A stretch of 64,000 nucleotides of DNA, taken from assembly GCA_002083555.1 (NCBI GenBank), contig MSXN01000007.1, positions 65,889 to 129,888 of the forward strand, read 5' to 3'. Below the pieces are notes generated by a model. It ran no database searches. It worked only from the letters and a program-made list of their open reading frames with translations, and was not told where the DNA came from. The position numbers and the translations under genes were made by a program. The stretch is from Nitrospira sp. ST-bin5. GTDB lineage: Bacteria; Nitrospirota; Nitrospiria; Nitrospirales; Nitrospiraceae. Below, piece by piece: positions 48,860 through 57,792 of the stretch; the first letter of the stretch is position 1, and every line of letters starts with the position of its first letter.

Positions 48860-50662
48860 TTACTCGGCCACGTCGATGTGATGCGCGAGGAGTCGGCGAT
48901 AGAGTGTGGCGCGGCTGATCCCGAGAATCTTCGCGGCCTCTGTCCGATTTCCCTGAGCCTGTTGGAGTGCTTGGAGCAATTGGGCTTTTGGTTCTGTGTA
49001 GTGCGAGTCCTGGGAGGATGACGGCAGATGGGCACGCTGAGTATGGTGGAGTTCATCAGGAAAATCAGATGGCATCAGGCTGGCGGTGCGGGCGCTGATC
49101 ACGGCAAATTCGACGGCGCTTTTCAGCTCTCGAACATTGCCGGGCCAGGAGTAGGTCATGAGCAGATGGAGACTGTCTGGATGCAGATTGGTGATAGCTT
49201 TGCCTGTGGTGGCACAGACTTGGGCGAGCAAGGCCTGTGTGAGCAATGGAATGTCATCTCGTCGATCTCGAAGCGGAGGCAGATGGATGCGCGCCACGCG
49301 GATGCGATAGAGTAAATCAGCGCGAAAGGTCCCGCGAATGACGTCTTCGTTGAGATTGTGATGCGTCGCGGCGAGGATGCGGACATTCACCTTTCGCGGC
49401 CTGGTTTCTCCCAGGCGCGTAATTTCTTTTTCTTGAAGGACCCGGAGCAGACTGGTTTGGACGGAAGTCGGGATATCTCCAATTTCATCCAGAAACAGGG
49501 TGCCGCCGTCAGCCGATTCAAAGAGTCCATGGTGATCGTCAATCGCGCCGGTGAAGGCGCCTCGCTTGTGGCCAAACAGCTGGCTGCCCAGCAGTGAATC
49601 CGTCAAGCCTGCGCAGTTGGCGGCAATAAAGGGCCGGTCTTTCCGCGGGCTGGAGTAATGGATGGCTCTGGCGACGAGTTCCTTCCCGGTTCCTGTCTCG
49701 CCTTCGATGAGGACAGTGGAATCGACGCGCGCCACATCGCGGACGAGTTGATAGACCTGCACCATGGCAGGGGTGCGTCCGACAAGATCGTGGAATTGCG
49801 TTTGGTGATCGAGCTGCTGCCGCAGATGGTGGAGTTCTGTGCGATCATGCAGCAGGATGATGCGCCGCTCAGCGGATTGTGGATCCGCATGGATTTCATA
49901 TTCGATCCATCGCGGAGTCGTACTCGTCAAGCGAAGGGGGCGTTGGCCGCGTTGCGGCATGAGCGCGTCCCATGTTTGGCGCAGATGCTTCCGGTCTGCA
50001 GACTCCAGCGGGAAACTCTGTTCCCACGGCTGACCGATGACCGTCGTCGAAGGGCACTCCATCCAGGCAAGGCAGCGCGGGCTGATGAAGGTGACATGGC
50101 CTTCTTGATTCGTGACGATGGCGGCCAGATCCAGATGCTGGAGAAGCGCCAGGACATCGTCGCGTTCCTGGGTAGCGATGGCAAGTGACCCGGTCAGGGA
50201 TGTTCGGGTCCGTTCGTGGGTTTTAACTTGGTCGAGGTGGTGCAAGCGCTGATCACGGGCTTGCTGTAAGAGCCTCTGCATCTGGTCGAATCGTTCGTCG
50301 ATACGCTCGATAAGGAGGAGTGGACGGTGGGAAGCGGTCAGCGCGGTGGCTTCGAAATGGTGCAGGATGGATGTCAGGTCGCGATGACTCCACGGGCCCG
50401 ATCGAACCACCCGCTCATGATCGTTTCTCCACGCGGATTCGCTTTCATCCAGGAAATGCTGCAGAAAGGGGGCGAGGCTTCCGACATCAATGAGAGACTC
50501 CGGTGACGTCTTGAATGTTGCGGCCCACCAGAGCGGCGGATCTCCAAGAAGGCGAAACCTATTGTCCGTCCCGACTCGTTCGAGAACTGCGGTGCCAAGC
50601 CTCTGAAGGAGGGCCTCCAGCATGTTCTGAGGCAGGGAGTTGGGTGAGCTGGATGGCGCCAT
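48860..50662 (-). CDS. Sigma-54-dependent activator (unassigned N-domain, PAS, AAA+, HTH)
   Basis: GETGTGKE, LFGHKRGAFTGA, FLDEIGD, WPGNVREL, GNRTEAAKILGISRATLYR. Confidence 0.93.
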   Translation of the reverse strand: MAPSSSPNSLPQNMLEALLQRLGTAVLERVGTDNRFRLLGDPPLWWAATFKTSPESLIDVGSLAPFLQHFLDESESAWRNDHERVVRSGPWSHRDLTSILHHFEATALTASHRPLLLIERIDERFDQMQRLLQQARDQRLHHLDQVKTHERTRTSLTGSLAIATQERDDVLALLQHLDLAAIVTNQEGHVTFISPRCLAWMECPSTTVIGQPWEQSFPLESADRKHLRQTWDALMPQRGQRPLRLTSTTPRWIEYEIHADPQSAERRIILLHDRTELHHLRQQLDHQTQFHDLVGRTPAMVQVYQLVRDVARVDSTVLIEGETGTGKELVARAIHYSSPRKDRPFIAANCAGLTDSLLGSQLFGHKRGAFTGAIDDHHGLFESADGGTLFLDEIGDIPTSVQTSLLRVLQEKEITRLGETRPRKVNVRILAATHHNLNEDVIRGTFRADLLYRIRVARIHLPPLRDRRDDIPLLTQALLAQVCATTGKAITNLHPDSLHLLMTYSWPGNVRELKSAVEFAVISARTASLMPSDFPDELHHTQRAHLPSSSQDSHYTEPKAQLLQALQQAQGNRTEAAKILGISRATLYRRLLAHHIDVAE

Positions 50663-50680
50663 GGCAGTCCAGTTGTATCG

Positions 50681-51181
50681 CTAGGCGGCTTCTAGAATTG
50701 TGTGCGTGAGCCGCATAAAGAGTTCCGGCACCCCGTCGCCGGTCTTGGCGCTTCCCGTGACCACGAGCCATCCCTTGCCTCGCAGCTGTGCAAGTGTCGA
50801 CTCGTCGATTTCCCATTCCTGGAGCTGATCGGCCTTGTTCACGATGAGGACGAAAGGCACGGGACCGAGTGTGGATTGGGCCAGTTGGTGCAGGGATTCC
50901 GCCGTATCCAGGGTAGACCGCCTCAGGCCGTCGGCGACGAGGATATAGCCGGATGAGCCTCGCAAATAGGATTCCCGCATTTTCTGAAAATCGTCTTCTC
51001 CATAGAGGTCCCAAATCATCAGGGTCACGTCCCGGTCCTCGACGAGGAGCGTTTTCTTTTCGATCGTCACGCCGATGGTCGTGTGGTACTGCTCCGAAAA
51101 CATGCCCGTCACGAAACGGCGGATGAGACTGGTCTTTCCGACGGCGAATCCACCCAGGAGACAGATCTTCTTTTGAATCAT
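50681..51181 (-). CDS. Rab/Ras-like small GTPase (166 aa)
   Basis: G1 GGFAVGKTS, G2 YHTTIGV, G3 IWDLYG, G4 NKAD, G5 SAK. Confidence 0.92.
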   Translation of the reverse strand: MIQKKICLLGGFAVGKTSLIRRFVTGMFSEQYHTTIGVTIEKKTLLVEDRDVTLMIWDLYGEDDFQKMRESYLRGSSGYILVADGLRRSTLDTAESLHQLAQSTLGPVPFVLIVNKADQLQEWEIDESTLAQLRGKGWLVVTGSAKTGDGVPELFMRLTHTILEAA

Positions 51182-52965
51182 GGTGCGGAGTCCGCGCGCC
51201 GGACGAGAGGCTTGGGGGTGACGAGGAGCGTGACCCGCCGCTGCGCATTCTGACTGCCTTTAGTTCCCCCACGTTTCTGCCCAGCGAACGAAGTTGGTTC
51301 CACGCTCGCGCTGAGGGTGAGCGGCGCGTAGGAGTCCGCTCCTCCAAGTGCGGCGATGACGGCATGCGCTCTGGCGGTGGCGAGCAGGAAATTCATGGAT
51401 TCCGTTCCTGTCGGATCGGCATCGCCGATCGCTTCAATGACAGGCGGTTCGCCCGCAGCAGAGAGAGCGGACTGGCGCAAGTCTTCAATTATGCGTTTGA
51501 CCGGCGTGACCTTGCTCAATTCTGTATCGGAGAGTGTGGAGGACCCGCTCTCAAAGAAAAAACTGATTCGGTTCAATTGGGCGATGAGGTCAGCGCGTGA
51601 GGCGGTGCGGAGGTCCTCGTCGTGATATTCACGAACGCCAGGAAGTAAGAGGGCCATCTGTCTGGTTTGGATGGCCCAGGTTTCCGGCGCAGTGCCGCTG
51701 GCGGTGAGACTGCCATCGTCGTAGCGGAGCGTTGCGGTCCCTGGGGGACGGAGGAGCAAGGCTGCACGTTTGCCGACGAATTGAGGATCAAGGGAGTGGA
51801 ACGGGGTCCAGTGAGAGATGATGTGCTCGCGAGGGATTCCTTCCTGAGTCAAGAGATCGTCTGGCTCCGCTGCCATTGGATCGCGGAGTCCCTCGAGGGT
51901 GACCACACGGCCGTCGCGTTCCAGTGTCGTTACGACGACTCCGGGCATAGTTCGGATTCTCTGCGTCAGATTTTGCCATCGCTGGTTGTTTTGATAGGCA
52001 GTCCAGCCCCAGAGGGCTGTGGAGAGGGCGATGACAGTGAGGGCCATCCAGGTCATTGGGGAGGTTCTCGTGCGGGGAGTTTCGTATTGAGTCTGCACAC
52101 ATTCCATGAGGCGGTCGTGTGTGGCATCGAAGCTCGAAGGGTTTCCGTCGAAGGCGGCGAAAGCGTCGGCATAGTCGAGCTGGATTGATTCGAGGGTTTG
52201 CTGCACCTGAGCCCGAAGATAGCCCGGTGCGGTTCCCCTGACGACGCAGGCCAGGATGGCCTGGGAATTGTGTTCGATCAAGACCCGGCATTCTCCAACC
52301 TCCAGGGTATTGAGGGTCTGTCCTCGCGGGGTATTGAAGGTGTCCTGCACAAAGGTTTGAATGGCCGTCAGCATGCCGGATACCAGCTGTTGATCATGAA
52401 TGATAGCGGTATCCGATCCGACGTGATGGAGCAGGAGTCCGGTCTCGCGATGAATGAGAAAGAGTTGCTCCACTCGAAAGCGCAGCGTGTGCAGGAGGAC
52501 GATTTCGGCGAATGGTCGTCCTGTTCGCCAGGCCTCTATTCTCCAGGCGAGCCCTTTGGGGGACAGGCTGTGATCGATGGTCTGATTGAACAACTGCATC
52601 ATCCCTTGCAGCGTGCGGACGATCGCTTGGCGGATGGCCGGGCCCATGATGGGGGCGATGGCCTCCGCGATCACATGGGGATTGCGGCGTACAGAACTCG
52701 TCAGTGCGCTCTGAACATACGGTGTGAGTGCGGCGGTCAGTCGCTCGTCCTGTTTGCCGCGCAAGGTGATGGCCTCTGCGAGGACTTTGCTGACGGAGGG
52801 CGCATCGGTCTCCGTATGTTCCAGACGATTGCGGAGTTCGGTAAGCTGGGTTTGTTCCGGCGCAAGGAGCAGCGTGCGAAGTTCCGCCCACTCTTGTTTC
52901 AACTCGGGGGTCGCGGCGGTGTCAGCCGAGGAGGGCTGAGGGCTGGGCCGGGGTTGATTCACCAA
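51178..52965 (-). CDS. Single-pass membrane protein: cytoplasmic helical and longin/roadblock-like domains, periplasmic BON-like and OmpA-like domains
   Basis: EQLFLIHRETGLLL...LVSGMLTAIQTFVQDTF; TM WMALTVIALSTALWGW; C-terminal FFFESGS...IEAIGDADPTG..MNFLLATARA...QRRV. Stop overlaps the GTPase start (ATGA). Confidence 0.8.
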   Translation of the reverse strand: MVNQPRPSPQPSSADTAATPELKQEWAELRTLLLAPEQTQLTELRNRLEHTETDAPSVSKVLAEAITLRGKQDERLTAALTPYVQSALTSSVRRNPHVIAEAIAPIMGPAIRQAIVRTLQGMMQLFNQTIDHSLSPKGLAWRIEAWRTGRPFAEIVLLHTLRFRVEQLFLIHRETGLLLHHVGSDTAIIHDQQLVSGMLTAIQTFVQDTFNTPRGQTLNTLEVGECRVLIEHNSQAILACVVRGTAPGYLRAQVQQTLESIQLDYADAFAAFDGNPSSFDATHDRLMECVQTQYETPRTRTSPMTWMALTVIALSTALWGWTAYQNNQRWQNLTQRIRTMPGVVVTTLERDGRVVTLEGLRDPMAAEPDDLLTQEGIPREHIISHWTPFHSLDPQFVGKRAALLLRPPGTATLRYDDGSLTASGTAPETWAIQTRQMALLLPGVREYHDEDLRTASRADLIAQLNRISFFFESGSSTLSDTELSKVTPVKRIIEDLRQSALSAAGEPPVIEAIGDADPTGTESMNFLLATARAHAVIAALGGADSYAPLTLSASVEPTSFAGQKRGGTKGSQNAQRRVTLLVTPKPLVRRADSAP

Positions 52966-52989
52966 AATGGGCTCCTTGCGTGCGGGCGA

Positions 52990-53586
52990 CTAGGATGTGG
53001 GTGAGCCCTGCTGGAGTTTCTGAGATAGCTCAGCTAACAGCTCTGCGAGTGCCGTACGGTCTGTTTTGGTGTGCCGCAGATCTGCGACGGAACGATTGAG
53101 AGAGTCTGAGAGTTGGTCTTGTGTGGATCGGATCGTTTCCTTGAGGGCGGTGACATGATCCAGGACTTCCTGGCGCAGCGTGCGTTCGGACTGATCGGTT
53201 TGTTGGGCCAGGTCGGTGGCTTTGCGTTCGACCACGGCTCCGAGGCTGGTGAGATCCCTGACGAGGTGCTGCAAGGCTTCGCCGCGGACTTCCTGCTCAT
53301 GTTGCAAACGACCGGACAGGACGGCTACTTCCTGCTGCATGAAGGCTTCGAGCGCATCGAATCGTTTCGTGAGTTCGGCTCTGAGCGCGGCAGCTTCCCT
53401 GACGAGATTCTGTTCAAGTGCGGAGAAGCGCCGGTCGTGATCACGGACTTGTGCTCCGAAGAGGATGTCTCGAATCTTTTCGAGATTGCCGTTCTGTGTA
53501 TGGTCGTCGGCTGTTAGGAAATGCGACGACGCGGAAGACTCGACGACGAGCGAAGGGGCTTGGGTGTCAGCGGCTTCTGTTGACAT
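52990..53586 (-). CDS. Coiled-coil protein
   Basis: ATG 53586 after AAGGAG; LEKIRDILFGAQVRD...KTDRTALAELLAE; amphipathic helical throughout. Confidence 0.78.
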   Translation of the reverse strand: MSTEAADTQAPSLVVESSASSHFLTADDHTQNGNLEKIRDILFGAQVRDHDRRFSALEQNLVREAAALRAELTKRFDALEAFMQQEVAVLSGRLQHEQEVRGEALQHLVRDLTSLGAVVERKATDLAQQTDQSERTLRQEVLDHVTALKETIRSTQDQLSDSLNRSVADLRHTKTDRTALAELLAELSQKLQQGSPTS

Positions 53587-53778
53587 AAGCGACTCCTTGG
53601 TCACGTGCTCTGGAGCATGGTGGCGCCATGGTCCAGGATGGTAAGAGGGGGATGTATTGTGCCGTCTGCGGAGGATGGCAACCGTGCGGGCCATCCCCGA
53701 CGGGCACAGGGCCTCTGGGCCGCTATGTTAACACCGGCGATTTGCTGTCAACAAGGTGCTAGCGAGGGATTCTGTGGT

Positions 53779-54900
53779 CTAGGATGAGGGAGGCAGGGGT
53801 GTAAGGCTGGTTGTGGACTCAATGGTCTCAATGATCCCGCCCCCTAGCACTCGATCTCCGTCATAAAACACGGCGGATTGCCCGGGACTGAGTGCCCGCT
53901 GTGGCGTGCTAAATTGAACGATCATCCTTCCGGCAGATTGAGGAATAGTCGTAGCTGACGATGGGGGTGTGGCGTAACGCACTTTACAGTCGACTCGGGA
54001 CGGCGCGGCTAGAAGTCTGGGATCGAGGATATTGAGGTCTTTCACTATACAGGAGCAGCTGAGCAGGTGTTCTTCCGGTCCAAGAACGACGGTGTTGGTA
54101 GCCGGTTGAACCCGCTGGACGTAGAGGCGTTGTCCGGTGGCGATGCCGAGCCCTCTTCTTTGTCCCGGTGTATAAAAAGGAATCCCCTCGTGGGTTCCTA
54201 GCGTGGTTCCGGTCTCGTCGACGAAGTGTCCGGGCGTGCTCTGGAGATCGGGTTGTTCCTGGAGGAAGGTCCGGTAATCGCCATGACTGACGAAGCAGAT
54301 TTCCTGACTCTCTTTCATCTCCTCTTCCGGAAGCCCGAGGGTGGCGGCCTCTCGCCAGACATCGGTTTTCTGCATTTGTCCAACCGGGAAGAGTAATCGG
54401 TTCAGCCAGGAAGCCTGGAGCCGGTAGAGGAAATAGCTTTGATCCTTCCTGACATCAGCTCCTTTCATGAGGGAGAGGTGCTCGCCGATTCGGTCGACAT
54501 GCGCATAGTGGCCGGTCGCCACGAAAGAGATACCTTTTGAGTCTGCGAGCTCGATGAGTTGGCGAAGCTTCACGCGTTCGTTGCAGCGCACGCAGGGGTT
54601 GGGTGTGGTGCCGTTCGCATAGGCGGAAACAAAGTCATCAATGACTGCGGTGCGGAACTCGGCGCGGGAGTCGACGAGTTCGTGCGGGATGTTGAGTTGT
54701 TTGGCCACGTATCGCGCGATGCCAACTTTGCAGCAGCCGCGCTCCTCCCAGCGCTTCGAGGCCGCGACTTCTCCGTTCTCATGCTCCCAGACCTGGAGGG
54801 TGACGCCATGGACTTCAAAGCCCTGCCGAGTCAGAAGGAGAGCGGCTACGGAGCTATCGACTCCCCCGCTCATACCGAGGAGGACGGTTGGACGTGACAT
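53779..54900 (-). CDS. mnmA: tRNA 2-thiouridylase
   Basis: GMSGGVDSS, TPNPCVRCN, ATGHY, KDQSYFL, ESQEICF, PGQSAVFY; ATG 54900. Confidence 0.96.
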   Translation of the reverse strand: MSRPTVLLGMSGGVDSSVAALLLTRQGFEVHGVTLQVWEHENGEVAASKRWEERGCCKVGIARYVAKQLNIPHELVDSRAEFRTAVIDDFVSAYANGTTPNPCVRCNERVKLRQLIELADSKGISFVATGHYAHVDRIGEHLSLMKGADVRKDQSYFLYRLQASWLNRLLFPVGQMQKTDVWREAATLGLPEEEMKESQEICFVSHGDYRTFLQEQPDLQSTPGHFVDETGTTLGTHEGIPFYTPGQRRGLGIATGQRLYVQRVQPATNTVVLGPEEHLLSCSCIVKDLNILDPRLLAAPSRVDCKVRYATPPSSATTIPQSAGRMIVQFSTPQRALSPGQSAVFYDGDRVLGGGIIETIESTTSLTPLPPSS

Positions 54901-54935
54901 AGTGCGGCTATTGTACTGTCTGACCGACGAAAGGG

Positions 54936-55379
54936 CTAGAGGTCTGGCGTGCGTATTTTGCTTCGATGGAGAGTCAGGTCGTGGACATTCTTGGCCGATT
55001 GGGGATGCTCCTCGACCCAGCGATGGGCCCCCATATCGCACATACCATGAAAATGCGCTCCGTCCTCAATGGCAATGGCAGGAGTTCGGATATCCCCAAT
55101 GAGGACGCCCTGTTTGAGGATTTGGATTCTTTCTGTGGCAGTAACGGTGCCGTTTATTTTTCCACTGGTGAGCAGCGTGCCTGCGGAAATGATCCCCTTG
55201 ACCACGGCAAACTCCCCCACGATCAGTGTGCCGGTGGTGTGGATTTCACCTTCCAGTTTTCCGTCGATTCGAACAGTGCCGTCGAAATTCACGACGCCTT
55301 TGAATTCAACCCCTTTTCCAAGAAAGGTGAAATTGTCGTCGTCAGACGGGGATGTCTTCTTATCGCCAATTGCCCACAT
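54936..55379 (-). CDS. Bactofilin (polymer-forming cytoskeletal protein)
   Basis: FLGKGVEFKG..VRIDGKLEGEI..IEDGAHFHG beta-helix; ATG 55379. Confidence 0.9.
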   Translation of the reverse strand: MWAIGDKKTSPSDDDNFTFLGKGVEFKGVVNFDGTVRIDGKLEGEIHTTGTLIVGEFAVVKGIISAGTLLTSGKINGTVTATERIQILKQGVLIGDIRTPAIAIEDGAHFHGMCDMGAHRWVEEHPQSAKNVHDLTLHRSKIRTPDL

Positions 55380-55468
55380 GCGATCAAAGGTCCTTCCAGG
55401 TGCAGCAGGCTCACCGGGCGTCACGGGTTCAGGACCCCGATGAGCGTATTATTGTGAGACCGGAAAAA

Positions 55469-55969
55469 CTAACCGTTTATTCTTTTTATGCCGCCCTGGC
55501 CTGAGATGCCCACCGGGTGAAGGGGCGTTTCGCGAGGGACTTCTCGAATACCTTGTGACATTTCGAGAGTTCCGTTAAAGAGCACGCCTTCTTCAATTGA
55601 AAGCATGGGGGTCTTTATTCCACCGTTGACGATGGCTGGGGCGCGGAGTTTAATCTTTTCTTTCGCGACGACATCGCCCGTGATTTTCCCTTTGCAGACA
55701 ATGGTGCCGGCCGTTACTTTGGCGGTGATGACAGCCTCTTCACCCACGAGGAGGACCCCTTCGGTGTGAATTTCTCCGTCGAGAGATCCATCAATTCTGA
55801 CGGTTCCGTTGTACGAGATGGTGCCTTTAAACTCGACACCTTTACCGACAAATGCGCTGACATCTTCTGAGGCTTCCTGGCGGCCTAGGTTTGAAGCGAG
55901 CGAGATGTCTTCAGCTTCCACTTCCTCTGCCATCGTGCGCTTCCCGTCCTGCTTGTCTGATTTCCACAT
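55469..55969 (-). CDS. Bactofilin (polymer-forming cytoskeletal protein)
   Basis: FVGKGVEFKG..VRIDGSLDGEI..IEEGVLFNG; GGAGG RBS. Confidence 0.92.
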   Translation of the reverse strand: MWKSDKQDGKRTMAEEVEAEDISLASNLGRQEASEDVSAFVGKGVEFKGTISYNGTVRIDGSLDGEIHTEGVLLVGEEAVITAKVTAGTIVCKGKITGDVVAKEKIKLRAPAIVNGGIKTPMLSIEEGVLFNGTLEMSQGIREVPRETPLHPVGISGQGGIKRING

Positions 55970-56134
55970 GGTCGATGCTCCTCCTCTGGGTTCGGGACAA
56001 AAGATGATGGGGGTAACCCCTGTTAGGTGCTGTATCGGAGTGTCTAGGTAAGATATTTAGCGTTAGTTGAGAGAAAAGCAACAAATATGCCTTTTCTCAA
56101 CAGTCGTCTGGGGCGTGGCGAAGAGCGATGCTGT

Positions 56135-56983
56135 CTAGGCGAGGAGATTGTCGATGATTCCCTCCAGCTCTGGTGCGGAATAGTAATGGATGATGACTTT
56201 CCCGCCTTTCCGACCCGCCTCGATCGTGACTCGCGTTCCAAAACGTTTTTGGAGCCTCGACTCTATGTCGCTCCATTGCGACGTGGTTATTGGCGGCTTT
56301 GTCCGTTTTCTTGCGGTGCTGGATGTGGTGACGAGGCGTTCGGTCTCGCGAACGGAAAGCGCGCGCTCCGCAACTGCCTTTGCAATTCTGCATTGAGTCT
56401 CAGGGCTGTCGAGTGCGAGAAGGACTTTGGCGTGTCCGGCTGAAAGGGATCCGGACTCCACAAGGGCTTGCACGTCGTGGTGGAGGTTGAGTAGACGTAC
56501 GGAATTAGCCACAGAAGATCGATCGCGGCCGACTTTTTGCGCGATGCTATCGTGAGTCAATCCGAATTCGTTCATCATTCTCGAATACGCTCTGGCGGTC
56601 TCCATGGGATTGAGGTCTTCACGTTGGAGATTTTCAACGAGGGCGAAGAGAATCGCTTCTTGATCACTGCAATTGCGTACGACCGCTTGGATGGTGTCGA
56701 GTCCGGCCTCTTTGGTGGCGCGCCATCGCCGCTCGCCCGAAATGAGTTCGAAAATGCCGTCACCTTTTCGACGGACTAAAATCGGTTGAAGCAAGCCGCT
56801 TTCTTTTATTGATGCTGCCAGTTCAGCGAGCTCGGCAGGATGGAAGATTTGCCGAGGTTGGTAGCGATTCGGTACGATCGCATCAATTCTGATCTGCTGA
56901 ATATCCGCCGCATTGCTTGGGACGGCTGCTTGCCCGCCCGGCAGTAATGCATCGAGACCTCTACCTAGTGCTTTTTTCTCCAT
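56135..56983 (-). CDS. parB: Chromosome partitioning protein ParB
   Basis: MEKKALGRGLDAL, PNRYQPR, GERRWRA, ENLQREDL, HTH; ATG 56983. Confidence 0.97.
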   Translation of the reverse strand: MEKKALGRGLDALLPGGQAAVPSNAADIQQIRIDAIVPNRYQPRQIFHPAELAELAASIKESGLLQPILVRRKGDGIFELISGERRWRATKEAGLDTIQAVVRNCSDQEAILFALVENLQREDLNPMETARAYSRMMNEFGLTHDSIAQKVGRDRSSVANSVRLLNLHHDVQALVESGSLSAGHAKVLLALDSPETQCRIAKAVAERALSVRETERLVTTSSTARKRTKPPITTSQWSDIESRLQKRFGTRVTIEAGRKGGKVIIHYYSAPELEGIIDNLLA

Positions 56984-57737
56984 GATCGAGAAACTCCTTT
57001 GCGAGTGAGAGATAGGCCTGTGAGCCCGATGAGGCCGCATTATAGAGAATGCCTGGCCGACCATAGCTCGGGGCTTCAGCCAACGTCACATTTCGTGGAA
57101 TGACGGCTTGGTAGACTTTGCTTCCAAAATGGTTTCGGACTTGTTCGGACACCTGGCGGGCCAACGTGTTGCGTGCATCGAACATGGTCAGCACGATTCC
57201 CTCTATGAAGAGATCGAGATTGATGGACTGCTTTACCCGCTCGATACTGCCTATAAGCCGAGAGAGCCCTTCCATCGCATAGTACTCACATTGCACTGGA
57301 ATGAGAACTGACTTTGCAGCAGCAAGGGCGTTAATTGTAAGAATGCCGAGAGCTGGGGGGCAATCAAGCACAATGACATCGTATGCATCGTGGATCCCTT
57401 TGATTGCGTCACGGAGGTGATGCTCTCGTCCCTCAACATTGGCCAACTCGATTTCAGCCCCTGCGAGATCGGCGTTTGAAGGCAATATAGACAGCCCATT
57501 GACGCTTGTCTTTTGAATGACATTCTCGCAAATATCTTGTTTTATTAGGCAGTTATATATTGTTTTCTGTAATGATCGCGGGTCAACACCAACTCCACTG
57601 GTTGCATTGCCCTGCGGGTCAAGATCAATCAATAGGATGGATTTGCCTTGGAGCGCAATTGCTGCTGCAAGATTGACGGAAGTAGTTGTTTTTCCAACCC
57701 CCCCCTTTTGATTGGCAACCGCAACTATCCTTGCCAT
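56961..57737 (-). CDS. parA: Chromosome partitioning ATPase ParA/Soj
   Basis: NQKGGVGKTT, DLDPQGNAT, DCPP, PVQCEYYA, LAEAPSYG. Confidence 0.97.
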   Translation of the reverse strand: MARIVAVANQKGGVGKTTTSVNLAAAIALQGKSILLIDLDPQGNATSGVGVDPRSLQKTIYNCLIKQDICENVIQKTSVNGLSILPSNADLAGAEIELANVEGREHHLRDAIKGIHDAYDVIVLDCPPALGILTINALAAAKSVLIPVQCEYYAMEGLSRLIGSIERVKQSINLDLFIEGIVLTMFDARNTLARQVSEQVRNHFGSKVYQAVIPRNVTLAEAPSYGRPGILYNAASSGSQAYLSLAKEFLDHGEKSTR

Positions 57738-57761
57738 TAATCGTCCTTCCTATAGAGGGGC

Positions 57762-57777
57762 TGTTCCACGTGGAACA
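57762..57777. promoter_or_regulatory. parS centromere site
   Basis: Perfect palindrome TGTTCCACGTGGAACA, 24 nt upstream of parA. Confidence 0.92.
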
Positions 57778-57792
57778 GCCTCTGCTTGCTAT

